DNA of 64,000 nucleotides from contig OZ237748.1 of the NCBI GenBank assembly GCA_965178125.1, positions 186,001 to 250,000 on the forward strand, given 5' to 3'. Source of the DNA: Bilabrum cf. latius. Lineage: Eukaryota. The notes beneath the pieces are model-generated. The model was given only the letters and a program-made list of their open reading frames with translations. It was not told the origin of the DNA and searched no databases. Of the stretch, positions 1-11,509 are shown piece after piece. The first letter of the stretch is position 1, and every line of letters begins with the position of its first letter. The position numbers and the translations under genes were made by a program.

Positions 1-2
1 GC

Positions 3-1628
3 AACATCAGCGGGATGGTGACGATTGAGATGGCCAAGGCGGGAGACCAGCTGGTGGCTGCGGGGTCGGCGGACCCGGACGTGGCGGCACTCGTCACACT
101 GAACGACGACGGAATCAACGCCACCATCGCCGAAGGTTCCCTGGCGCACGTCGCGGCGGCCCTGCAGACCCTCGGGTTCCGGTCTACCGCCGGCCAGGTC
201 ATCCCCGTTGGCCCGAGGCGGGTGTTCGCCACGCTGCACGACGCGAGTCCCAGGGCAGTCGCCGTCAGCGGCGGTGCACCCGCGGTTGCAACCGTCGGCA
301 GGGGCGTGGCCGTCGTGCACGTGAATCAGCCCCCGGCGCTGGAGGTGTCGCTTGCCTCTGCGCTTGATTCGTACACCCGCGGAGACGACGCAGTGGAGCT
401 GGTGGGCCAGGGTGCCACGGTCACTCTCAGCGACCCCGACGACGAGTCCATGGCGAGGCTGGTGGTGCGAGTAGCCAGCGGGTGCAGGGCGGGCGAGGAC
501 GAGCTGTCCCTGGGGGAGGGAGCGCCGGCATCGCTGGAGGGCACCTGGGTCGGGGAGTCGAGTGATGCTGCAATGCAGTGCACCCTCACCGTCGCTCCTT
601 CCTCTGCTTCGGAGACCGCTCCAGTGGCGGACTGGATCGCGGCGATCCGATCCGTGATGTTCCGGTCTGCGCGCAGCCTCCAGGGCAGCAGCGTGGATGT
701 ATCCGTTGAGTTCAACATCACGGACGCAGCGTCGATCGGGGATGTGGCGACCAACGGGGGACGGCAGTCAGCCTCTGTTCCTGCCCCGGGTGCCGACAGC
801 CCCGTGGTGCTGACCGTGGTGCCCGTGCCAGCCCCGGAGGTGGAGCCCGTGCCGGAGGACAAGCCCGTCGAATGCGGCGGGGACGATCCCGAGGACCAGA
901 CCTCCATCGCCTCCACCTCGATCCCCAACGGCCAGCCCGTGCTGAAGATCGACCTGTCGATCCAGTCCGAAGACGCGCTCAACTGCGAGGGAACCAAGGT
1001 GCTGTCCAAGGTCATCATCGACAAGGCGTTCGAGGCAGAGGGGGTAAAGAAGCCCCCCCAGGTCGCCGTGCTGACGAGGGGGAGGAGGAGGAGGGGCAGG
1101 GGCAGGGCGCTTACTTCACTGGTCTCAGGCGGAGCTGTCGGATCTGTGACCGCCTCTTCCGCAAGCCTTCGCGCCCTGCAAGAAGCGGATGCGACGGTGA
1201 TCTTCGAGACGGACATCACCATCATCGCGCCGGTGGAGGACGAGGAGGTTGCAACCGCCGCCCTCGAGCGCCTCGTTGCCGCCGACGGGGATGGGTCTCT
1301 CGATGCTGCCATCAGGGCCGAGCCCGCACTCGTCACACTCATCACGGGCGAGGTGGAGGTGGAGATCGAGGAAGAGACGTCGGCTGTGGGCAGCGCCCAG
1401 GAGATGCTCGGTCGGCCGGAGGACGACGAGAGTGGCCTCGGCCTCATCATCGGGGTCGTGGTGGGCGTGATCGTGCTGCTGGCGGTGGCGGCTGCAAGCT
1501 GGTGCTACTGCCGCCGCCAGCCGTCTGCTTCCGAGACCAAGAAGGATTCGGAGGGACTCTCAGAGATTGTTCCCGGGTCAAGCAAGCTGGGAGGCAAGGC
1601 CGGTGCATCAGGGGCCGAGGAGGTGTAA
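3..1628 (+). CDS. 3' part of a type I membrane/cell-surface protein (cadherin/Ig-like beta domains, SEA-like juxtamembrane region, TM helix, short tail); 5' end probably outside the window
   Basis: Frame is open from the window start to TAA at 1626-1628. It has a hydrophobic segment GLGLIIGVVVGVIVLLAVAAASWCYC followed by RRQ, a cadherin-like NQPPAL...TLSDPDD motif and an RALQ loop like the other surface proteins here. Confidence 0.8.
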   Translation, partial: NISGMVTIEMAKAGDQLVAAGSADPDVAALVTLNDDGINATIAEGSLAHVAAALQTLGFRSTAGQVIPVGPRRVFATLHDASPRAVAVSGGAPAVATVGRGVAVVHVNQPPALEVSLASALDSYTRGDDAVELVGQGATVTLSDPDDESMARLVVRVASGCRAGEDELSLGEGAPASLEGTWVGESSDAAMQCTLTVAPSSASETAPVADWIAAIRSVMFRSARSLQGSSVDVSVEFNITDAASIGDVATNGGRQSASVPAPGADSPVVLTVVPVPAPEVEPVPEDKPVECGGDDPEDQTSIASTSIPNGQPVLKIDLSIQSEDALNCEGTKVLSKVIIDKAFEAEGVKKPPQVAVLTRGRRRRGRGRALTSLVSGGAVGSVTASSASLRALQEADATVIFETDITIIAPVEDEEVATAALERLVAADGDGSLDAAIRAEPALVTLITGEVEVEIEEETSAVGSAQEMLGRPEDDESGLGLIIGVVVGVIVLLAVAAASWCYCRRQPSASETKKDSEGLSEIVPGSSKLGGKAGASGAEEV

Positions 1629-3112
1629 TGGGCGAGCAGTGGATAGGGTGCAGGTGGATCTGTTTGGGCGGAATAAACGGATCCATCATCTCATCGTGTC
1701 GCGGCGAGCAGCCGACGGCAGACGCGGGCATGTGTCGTGCGGATGGCCCGGAAATCGGTGGCAACAGAGTTTGACTCAGCCTTTTTGCCCGATTCGTGAT
1801 GGGTGTATCCGTATTAACTTGTAAGGGAAGGACCAGGAATCGGTGGCAACTGAGTTTGACTCAGCATTCTTGCCCGATCCACTCTCGGTTGGTTCCAACG
1901 CCCGTTTGCTCACTTTGTAAATGTTACAAGAATCTAGATCTAACCAGGCATAAGTATAAATCCGCATCATGCGTGTGTCCTCTTCGACTCTGGCAAGCCC
2001 CTCAGGCACGACGAGGACTCGCGCTGGACACATCGTTTGGGGGGGTCGAAAAATTGTGTGGCGTGATAGATTTGAAGGAAATCAATGATAGGTGAACAAG
2101 GCGTGCGGGGTGGATGGAGCGGGAGGCACAGACAGGGCAGGAATGGGGAAGGGGGCGGTCTGACGCCGCGGTCACCGTCCGTAAATAACGTATTGAAATA
2201 ATCACACACAACAAAACTTATCCAAAGTTCTTCAACTTTCGGCACCGGCACCCGGGTCGGCTTGAGCGAGTTGCCCTTGCGCTACTCCAACATCCGCCCG
2301 GACCGCCAAGCCCTTTTTTCTGGTAACTCTTACCAAAACGTTACAATTGGCCATCCACAATATATGTACACGCAACCAAATCTGATTTATTGTGATGCCT
2401 GCATATGAGGCGCAAATCATAATCAGGACCTACAGCGCGAAGTGGTCATTAAATGCCTAAGAAAAAGCATATATTACTAATAATTAGTGGCATTCAAGCA
2501 GTTGGTGTTGTTCTAGAGGCATAAACGGTTTGTATGACTGGCCACAAGCGAGCTCGAGCACCCAGCTTTCTGTCAACGAACCTATCAAGCGAGAATAAGG
2601 CGTAGCTTGAAAGCAGGCGCCGAACATTTCTGCCTAAGGCATACTAAAAGCGGACTATTGAGGTCAAGGGGCTCCTTAGCCTTCTCTTTGGGGAGCAGGA
2701 TCTGGAGCACTGTATCTAGACTGGGCAGATGTTTTGTTGGGGTTGCGGGTAGTGGAAGGGCGCTCGTAGTGCCGGACACTGAGTAGCCATGCTGCTTTCC
2801 ATAACCGTTTGAAAGGTAACACTACTGTTTCTGAGTTGCAGCGATTTAGCTAGGGCGTGGACTATCTGCGTAGGACATCAGATCCATGTTAAATGCACGG
2901 AAGCGGATCAGAATCAAAGATGGTTTCGCTTGAATGGCATGCATTCACAGGGATTCTAGCAGTGTGGATGTAGTAGCTGCTGTATCGCATGATCTGGCGA
3001 GTCTTGTGCGGAAACCTCTCAACAGCAGTAGTCATGCATCGGCCTCCGGCGCAGGTAGCTAATTTCAGGTCAAGCATACCTTGTGGACAGCTTGTTTGGC
3101 ATAGGGCGAAAA

Positions 3113-3673
3113 GCGTTCCTGATACAGTTGATTTCTGGCCCCAGGATGCGACGGATGCTTGATGCCCTGTGCCCCCCTGGAGGAGAGGCCTGTCCTTGGG
3201 ATAAATGCGTTCCTGATACAGTTGATTTCTGGCCCCAGGATGCGACGGATGCTTGATGCACTGTGCCCCCCCTGGAGGAGAGGCCTGTCCTTGGGATAAA
3301 TGCGTTCCTGATACATTTGATTTCTGGCCCCAGGATGCGACGGATGCTTGATGCACTGTGCCCCCCCTGGAGGAGAGGCCTGTCCTTGGGATAAATGCGT
3401 TCCTGATACATTTGATTTCTGGCCCCAGGATGCGACGGATGCTTGATGCACTGTGCCCCCCCTGGAGGAGAGGCCTGTCCTTGGGATAAATGCGTTCCTG
3501 ATACATTTGATTTCTGGCCCCAGGATGCGACGGATGCTTGATGCCCTGTGCCCCCCCTGGAGGAGAGGCCTGTCCTTGGGATAAATGCGTTCCTGATACA
3601 GTTGATTTCTGGCCCCAGGATGCGACGGATGCTTGATGCACTGTGCCCCCCCTGGAGGAGACGCCTGTCCTTG
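3113..3673. repeat. Minisatellite, 94-95 bp unit, ~6 copies
   Basis: Unit GCGTTCCTGATACA(G/T)TTGATTTCTGGCCCCAGGATGCG... starts at 3113, 3207, 3302, 3397, 3492 and 3587. Length is not a multiple of 3. Confidence 0.95.
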
Positions 3674-3944
3674 CACCAGATCAACTCATGCAAGACGATC
3701 ACGAATGAAGTCATAGACTCATCAATATACCCCTGGCAAAAGCGAAGGTAGAGCGCACTTCCAAGCGCTTCAACGCAGATGGGCTGGTTTAAGCAGCGGC
3801 GGGGCCTGAACGGGCTGCCACGATCGGGCGAAGACGGCGCACCCCCAGGACTTTTGGATGAAGATGATAACAAGCTTTCCTACACTCGGGTACTTGGCTG
3901 CATTTCTGCGTAGCATAGCCCTTACCCAAGCATCGGTGGAGACC

Positions 3945-6790
3945 AGGCCAGGGGAGAGGAGCAGGAGCTCCACCTCAGGCACTGAAGGCCGAGCCACCCA
4001 CGAGAAGGACTGAGGCCGTGGGAGGAGGCCAGGGGAGGGGAGCAGGAGCTCCACCTCAGGCACTGAAGGCCGAGCCACCCACGAGAAGGACTGAGGCCGT
4101 GGGAGGAGGCCAGGGGAGGGGAGCAGGAGCTCCACCTCAGGCACTGAAGGCCGAGCCACCCACGAGAAGGACTGAGGCCGTGGGAGGAGGCCAGGGGAGG
4201 GGAGCAGGAGCTCCACCTTAGGCACTGATAGCCGAGCCACCCACGAGAAGGACTGAGGCCGTGGGAGGAGGCCAGGGGAGGGGAGCAGGAGCTCCACCTC
4301 AGGCACTGATAGCCGAGCCACCCACGAGAAGGACTGAGGCCGTGGGAGGAGGCCAGGGGAGGGGAGCAGGAGCTCCACCTCAGGCACTGATAGCCGAGCC
4401 ACCCACGAGAAGGACTGAGGCCGTGGGAGGAGGCCAGGGGAGGGGAGCAGGAGCTCCACCTCAGGCACTGATAGCCGAGCCACCCACGAGAAGGACTGAG
4501 GCCGTGGGAGGAGGCCAGGGGAGGGGAGCAGGAGCTACACCTTAGGCACTGATAGCCGAGCCACCCACGAGAAGGACTGAGGCCGTGGGAGGAGGCCAGG
4601 GGAGGGGAGCAGGAGCTCCACCTTAGGCACTGATAGCCGAGCCCCCCACGAGAAGGACTGAGGCCGTGGGAGGAGGCCAGGGGAGGGGAGCAGGAGCTCC
4701 ACCTCAGGCACTGATAGCCGAGCCACCCACGAGAAGGACTGAGGCCGTGGGAGGAGGCCAGGGGAGGGGAGCAGGAGCTCCACCTCAGGCACTGAAACCC
4801 GAGCCACCCACGAGAAGGACTGAGGCCGTGGGAGGAGGCCAGGGGAGGGGAGCAGGAGCTCCACCTCAGGCACTGATAGCCGAGCCACCCACGAGAAGGA
4901 CTGAGGCCGTGGGAGGAGGCGAGAGGAGCAGGAGCTCCACCTCAGGCACTGATAGCCGAGCCACCCACGAGAAAGACTGAGGCCGTGGGAGGAGGCCAGG
5001 GGAGGGGAGCAGGAGCTCCACCTCAGGCACTGATAGCCGAGCCACCCACGAGAAGGACTGAGGCCGTGGGAGGAGGCCAGGGGAGGGGAGCAGGAGCTCC
5101 ACCTCAGGCACTGATAGCCGAGCCATCCACGAGAAGGACTGAGGCCGTGGGAGGAGGCCAGGGGAGGGGAGCAGGAGCTCCACCTCAGGCACTGATAGCC
5201 GAGCCACCCACGAGAAGGACTGAGGCCGTGGGAGGAGGCCAGGGGAGGGGAGCAGGAGCTCCACCTCAGGCACTGATAGCCGAGCCATCCACGAGAAGGA
5301 CTGAGGCCGTGGGAGGAGGCCAGGGGAGGGGAGCAGGAGCTCCACCTTAGGCACTGATAGCCGAGCCACCCACGAGAAGGACTGAGGCCGTGGGAGGAGG
5401 CCAGGGGAGGGGAGCAGGAGCTCCACCTCAGGCACTGATAGCCGAGCCACCCACGAGAAGGACTGAGGCCGTGGGAGGAGGCCAGGCGAGGGGAGCAGGA
5501 GCTCCACCTCAGGCACTGATAGCCGAGCCCCCCACGAGAAGGACTGAGGCCGTGGGAGGAGGCCAGGGGAGGGGAGCAGGAGCTCCACCTCAGGCACTGA
5601 TAGCCGAGCCACCCACGAGAAGGACTGAGGCCGTGGGAGGAGGCCAGGGGAGGGGAGCAGGAGCTACACCTTAGGCACTGATAGCCGAGCCCCCCACGAG
5701 AAGGACTGAGGCCGTGGGAGGAGGCCAGGGGAGGGGAGCAGGAGCTCCACCTTAGGCACTGAAGGCAGAGCCACCCACGAGAAGGACTGAGGCCGTGGGA
5801 GGAGGCCAGGGGAGGGGAGCAGGAGCTCCACCTCAGGCACTGAAGGCCGAGCCACCCACGAGAAGGACTGAGGCCGTGGGAGGAGGCCAGGGGAGGGGAG
5901 CAGGAGCTCCACCTCAGGCACTGAAACCCGAGCCACCCACGAGAAGGACTGAGGCCGTGGGAGGAGGCCAGGGGAGGGGAGCAGGAGCTCCACCTCAGGC
6001 ACTGAAAGCCGAGCCACCCACGAGAAGAACTGAGGCCGTGGGAGGAGGCCAGGGGAGGGGAGCAGGAGCTCCACCTTAGGCACTGATAGCCGAGCCACCC
6101 ACGAGAAGGACTGAGGCCGTGGGAGGAGGCCAGGGGAGGGGAGCAGGAGCTCCACCTCAGGCACTGAAGGCCGAGCCACCCACGAGAAGGACTGAGGCCG
6201 TGGGAGGAGGCCAGGCGAGGGGAGCAGGAGCTCCACCTCAGGCACTGATAGCCGAGCCCCCCACGAGAAGGACTGAGGCCGTGGGAGGAGGCCAGGGGAG
6301 GGGAGCAGGAGCTCCACCTCAGGCACTGATAGCCGAGCCACCCACGAGAAGGACTGAGGCCGTGGGAGGAGGCCAGGGGAGGGGAGCAGGAGCTACACCT
6401 TAGGCACTGATAGCCGAGCCACCCACGAGAAGGACTGAGGCCGTGGGAGGAGGCCAGGGGAGGGGAGCAGGAGCTCCACCTTAGGCACTGATAGCCGAGC
6501 CACCCACGAGAAGGACTGAGGCCGTGGGAGGAGGCCAGGGGAGGGGAGCAGGAGCTCCACCTCAGGCACTGAAGGCCGAGCCACCCACGAGAAGGACTGA
6601 GGCCGTGGGAGGAGGCCAGGGGAGGGGAGCAGGAGCTCCACCTCAGGCACTGAAAGCCGAGCCACCCACGAGAAAGACTGAGGCCGTGGGAGGAGGCCAG
6701 GGGAGGGGAGCAGGAGCTCCACCTCAGGCACTGAAAGCCGAGCCACCCACGAGAAGAACTGAGGCCGTGGGAGGAGGCCAGGGGAGGGGA
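3945..6790. repeat. Minisatellite, 81 bp unit, ~35 copies, purine-rich + strand
   Basis: Unit AGGCCAGGGGAGGGGAGCAGGAGCTCCACCT(C/T)AGGCACTGATAGCCGAGCCACCCACGAGAAGGACTGAGGCCGTGGGAGG. One copy near 4920 carries a 5-nt deletion. Confidence 0.97.
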
Positions 6791-7599
6791 GGGGAGCTGG
6801 AGGGGACCCGTAGCTTCGCCTATTCAAGGTTACGATGGGCGGGGCAGCGGCTCATCAGCAGGCATGTTCATCAGGACCCCCTACGGCATTGAGTTGTAGT
6901 TGCAGTGAGCAAGCAAACGTAGCAGCATATCAATTTTACCCTATCAATCAATCGCATGGACCGATCGAAGCGGCCCGGCTCTGATCTGGGCCGCCAAGCG
7001 AGAGTCTCCTAAAATCCCATTCGGAGGCCAGCGAGCGAGCGCCCCTGAGCCAGAGCCTCGGCAGTGTGCCGGCCCGGCGTGTCGCTGTCGAGTCTCGATC
7101 CATGCGATGCGATGGGGATCGACGCATCGAGACTCGAGGGGCTCTCGCCGGCAGCGAGCCTTGTCCGGAGTCGCGCGCGAACTTTGATGGACCCGCCCTG
7201 CCACTGGCACTGTGACGTGCGTTGGCACCAATTCGAAGTCTTCCACGAGCTACTAGTAGGGGCCACTGCTTCATATTTTCAACCCAAAGCAATACCTACC
7301 ATCCTGTTGCTGTCAGCATTCACTTTATTTCGCTCATGGATTGCATGACCAGGGTAAGTTGATCAGACTTTCAGCTCGTACCAAATTGATGAGGGTGCAA
7401 ACTGAAAGCACCATCTCGCTAATGGGCTCCTTAACTGGCGCACGGCATTTAACTAGAAGATTTCGGATGGATTCGATTTGAATAAAATGACTCACATATA
7501 GTGCACTATCTCGTTTCGCAGAGCGCGCCCTTAAGCCATCAGTCGACCAGCTGCACCAATGGACCCAGTGTTACCGCTGGAGATTCGGCTATCAATCAA

Positions 7600-9138
7600 A
7601 TGGCAACGTCAAGTTGTATGAAGTTATGCAGGTGCGCTAATATATCGTGCATGCACCATAAACGATGGTATATTGATGCGAACAATGCTGGTTCTACGGG
7701 GTTTATCGCGTGGCTGCTTGTGGTTGCATGTGCGTCGTTCTTGACAATTGCTGCGGCAGACTCTGCGACGTCAGCAAAATTGCACGCGAGCACTACTAGC
7801 CGTTCTCATCATCCGTATGATTTTGCTCTCAATTTACGCGGCCCGCTTCGGAATGAGCCGGCGTCAAAGCCTTCAGTCCGATCGGGATCGGGCGACCGAT
7901 CTGATGGGTGCAGCCCAGTGCAATGCACCAAAGCACGTGAAGCAAGTGTGCAGTTTCCTACTCATGGTATTTTGCCGTTGCACCAGGAATTGTCTTCACC
8001 GCATCCATACGGTGGTGAAGAAAGCCGGGCGCAAGAAGCCGAAGATGCGACTGCTGACGACTCGGAGGTGCCGGCCCTGCCCTGCTGCACCACTGGCAAG
8101 TACTACCAGCCGTGCAGTGCAGTGCAGTGCGGTGATGGCGGCGGAGATGCTGACTAGATGCAGGACAGTTCGTGTATGTGCAAAGAAGGTGCAGAGGAGT
8201 GCGCTGCCAACTTCGGCTGCTTGGATGGCCTGAAGTGCTCCTTTGACACGCACCGGTGTGTGAAGCCAGGCGGCCAGCCCGGTCTGTATGTGCGCGTGGT
8301 CGGCCTGCGGCTTCATTCCAGTTACTACGCCCGGTATCTGCACAGGCTGGTGCACATAATTAAGCACGGAATACAGCAAACGGCAGGGGCGCGCAGTGTG
8401 TCTTTCCTGCAAGTGTAGCAGGTGCATAGGTCAGACCGTGGCGACACAGAGCGGCTCACCGAGAACGATGATTCCGACGGCGCGGACATTAAGATCGACA
8501 TTCTTGCGCGGTTCGGAAGCGGAACAAGCGCGTTGGATGCTCGGGAGCGCGTGCTGGACTACCTTCGTGGCGGGTCACCCGCGGAGTCGGACCTGTCTTT
8601 AGATCATGATGGGTATGACGATCCCGTGGAGAGAGGATATGACGATCCCATGGAGAGAGGATATGACGATCCCATGGAGAGAGGATATGACGATCCCGTG
8701 GAGAGAGGGTATGACGATCCCGTGGAGAGAGGATATGACGATCCCATGGAGAGAGGATATGACGATCCCATGGAGAGAGGATATGACGATCCCATGGAGA
8801 GAGGATATGACGATCCCATGGAGAGAGGATATGACGATCCCATGGAGAGAGGATATGACGATCCCATGGAGAGAGGATATGACGATCCCATGGAGAGAGG
8901 ATATGACGATCCCGTGGAGGGAGGGTATAGAGCGTTCTACCTAGCGGAGGAAGCATACGAAGACTACGATGCGGAAGGAATCGAAGGTACCGGTATCCAC
9001 GGTACCACTTTGCCCACCCTGGGGAACTATGGCTCGCTACAAAAGGCACTGATAGTCAGTGCACCACCCTCCGATGGGGACGATGACCTGGCAATTGATT
9101 CTGCCGGCATCGAGGTCTCCACCTACGAGCTGCGCTGA
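7600..9138 (+). CDS. Secreted/anchored protein with Cys-rich + SEA-like module and (ERGYDDPM)n repeat; 2 in-frame TAG
   Basis: ORFs 7501-8157, 8158-8418 and 8422-9138 share one frame, are separated only by TAG (8155, 8416) and end in TGA. Hydrophobic FIAWLLVVACASFLTIAAA; CVKPGGQPGLYVRVVGLRL resembles CVAPVQLAGAYVAVIGLRI of the 11510 gene. Start codon uncertain. Confidence 0.7.
8611..8928 (+). repeat. Coding tandem repeat, 24 bp (ERGYDDPM/V), ~13 copies
   Basis: GAGAGAGGATATGACGATCCC(A/G)TG repeated in frame. Confidence 0.95.
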
Positions 9139-9394
9139 ACCCGATCGTAAAATGGAACAAGAGGGGGTCGCAAATTCAATTTTGTTCGTAGCGGGCACGG
9201 GTGAACGCAACTGTATTCGAATTGATCAAGTTCAAGGCGCTGCGCTCATTGGCGGGTGTGCTGTCACTGCCACCCGTGTGTTGAATGGTGTCTGTCACCC
9301 AGCACAAAGCAGGCTCCGCTGCTCATTCCACCCGACTCCGGAACGATAAGATGGGGTCGGAGCCGCTGCATGGCGATGCGCGGTGGCCGTGGAG

Positions 9395-9809
9395 GGAGGC
9401 ATTCGTCACCACCCGCGGCCTGATCAGATCAGTGATCGTGTCGGAGGCATTCGTCACCACCCGCGGCCTGATCAGATCAGTGATCGTGTCGGAGGCATTC
9501 GTCACCACCCGCGGCCTGATCAGTGATCGTGTCGGAGGCATTCGTCACCACCCGCGGCCTGATCAGATCAGTGATCGTGTCGGAGGCATTCGTCACCACC
9601 CGCGGCCTGATCAGTGATCGTGTCGGAGGCATTCGTCACCACCCGCGGCCTGATCAGTGATCGTGTCGGAGGCATTCGTCACCACCCGCGGCCTGATCAG
9701 TGATCGTGTCGGAGGCATTCGTCACCACCCGCGGCCTGATCAGTGATCGTGTCGGAGGCATTCGTCACCACCCGCGGCCTGATCAGATCAGTGATCGTGT
9801 CGGAGGCAT
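9395..9809. repeat. Minisatellite with mixed 48-bp and 43-bp units, ~9 copies
   Basis: GGAGGCATTCGTCACCACCCGCGGCCTGATCAG(ATCAG)TGATCGTGTC; units differ by a 5-nt indel. Confidence 0.95.
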
Positions 9810-11509
9810 CGAAATCGCCGAAGGCTTGGCTGCTGGACAGGGGGCGGGAGTTCCGGCTAGGCGTGTGGCTCAGAAACGACGATAACACCCCGATCTCTCG
9901 TCGCCTTGCCAGTGCCAGTGCTGACAGTGCCTCGATGAATGTGCCTTGCAACGGCCCTCTTGTGGGCGCGACCGTGGGGGCAAGGTTACTGTTGGAGGGA
10001 GAGGACGAGCAGGGACGAGTAGTGCGGAGGGAGGTGACTGCCACGGATAATCTCAGGATTCTGACGCAACTGGCGTTGATCTGTACGCTGCACCGAATCC
10101 GTTTTAGCCTGACGATCCGGTAGGAATTGGGATGCTCATTGCTCATAGAGCACTTTAAAGCGTCGGCATTCAAGTTGATCAAGGCGCTTCGAGTCATTTC
10201 TTGTATTGGTTTAGAAAAACCACGGTACGAATCATCCTCTAATGCCGTCGAATAAGCAGATTTTGCCTTGATGCCGTCGAATCGTTGCTCTTCTGCTCAA
10301 CCCCGTCAGTGGGTAAGAGCAAGTTCCACAGAAAACCCCGATAATCTAGGCAATTAATACATTAAGTGAAAGATAAACACAAGGGTGGATGCTGGTGAAG
10401 CTGAATGCTCAATAAACATAACAAGTGTGGCCAATCAATACCTACGTACAATTTGATGTATATCCCCTTTCATTGAGACATTTAAGCTCACAAAGAGTAG
10501 TAAATATCACTAATAATTAACCAACTCGATTTTCTGGCCATGATTCTCCCACAAATGTGGCGAAAAACACCGATAATGAATGTCCACACCATATTACAGT
10601 GCAATGCATACATACTCGTCACGCATGTTGCGACCAACAGCAGCCTGCTGGCGGAAGTGTCCTGCGACGTCGCCTCATCCCCACCTGCTGCTGGCTCGTG
10701 AAGGTCTATTTGTGGTACGCTTAAAATACAAGATAGCATTCAAAGCTGCGTTGTGAATAACAGCGCCCTTCAAATGTGAGACGCGACGACGGACCTCGCC
10801 CGTCTCCGTGGCGATGACGGGGTCTGGCGACAGCGAGCTTTACGTGCGATATTTGTGCTGAATGCAGTGCGCACCGGCCCCGATTTTAGATTTCCTGGAT
10901 GTTTCAAAAGTACCTCAACTTTGCGTGCCAGTTGGATGCAAGGAGCGGCCGTAGGGAATTGGGTCAACAGCCGATCAATGAATCCATGCTGATGGCAGCC
11001 GCAATCACTGCTGTACTGCGAAATGTCGGAATGGTATGCTGTTATTCATTTTGAAAGCTCATTAACATGCATTGCACCACCTGATGCCTGTTTGGACCCT
11101 TGGATAGCTGTGCATTATGCCTCATCACTGGCAGTGTCCCACGTGGTCGATCCAAACACCTTAGTTAGACTCCGTTTTAGTGCGCGTGAAGTATGACATC
11201 TAGGGAACTATATGCATTTTTAGCATATTGTGCCAGCTAGTATGACCTAACTTTTTGTGTAATCGCAGTATTAAAGGCCGAAGCCGAACGACAGCGCCGG
11301 CGGGGTCGACTCCGCAGAAAATCCACCTGGTAACGAAAACCAGCCTTATTTGAGGACTTTCGCTCCCATTTTACAGTATCGTCGATCATTTCTAACGGTC
11401 TATGGCGAATTATCGAGCCGAAATTAGCTGCAATGCAGCCGGCAAGCAACCGTCAACTGGGGTGCATCAGCTACAGCCATTCAGGGCCGCCGCCACGCAG
11501 CCGCCGCGC

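Noticed and set aside
1751-1880. ~45-bp imperfect direct repeat (AATCGGTGGCAAC.GAGTTTGACTCAGC) downstream of the first gene
   Set aside because: Two copies only, with no element structure or target-site duplication to support a function.
3113-9809. CRISPR-like arrays
   Set aside because: Units are contiguous tandem copies without unique spacers, there are no cas genes and the context is eukaryotic.
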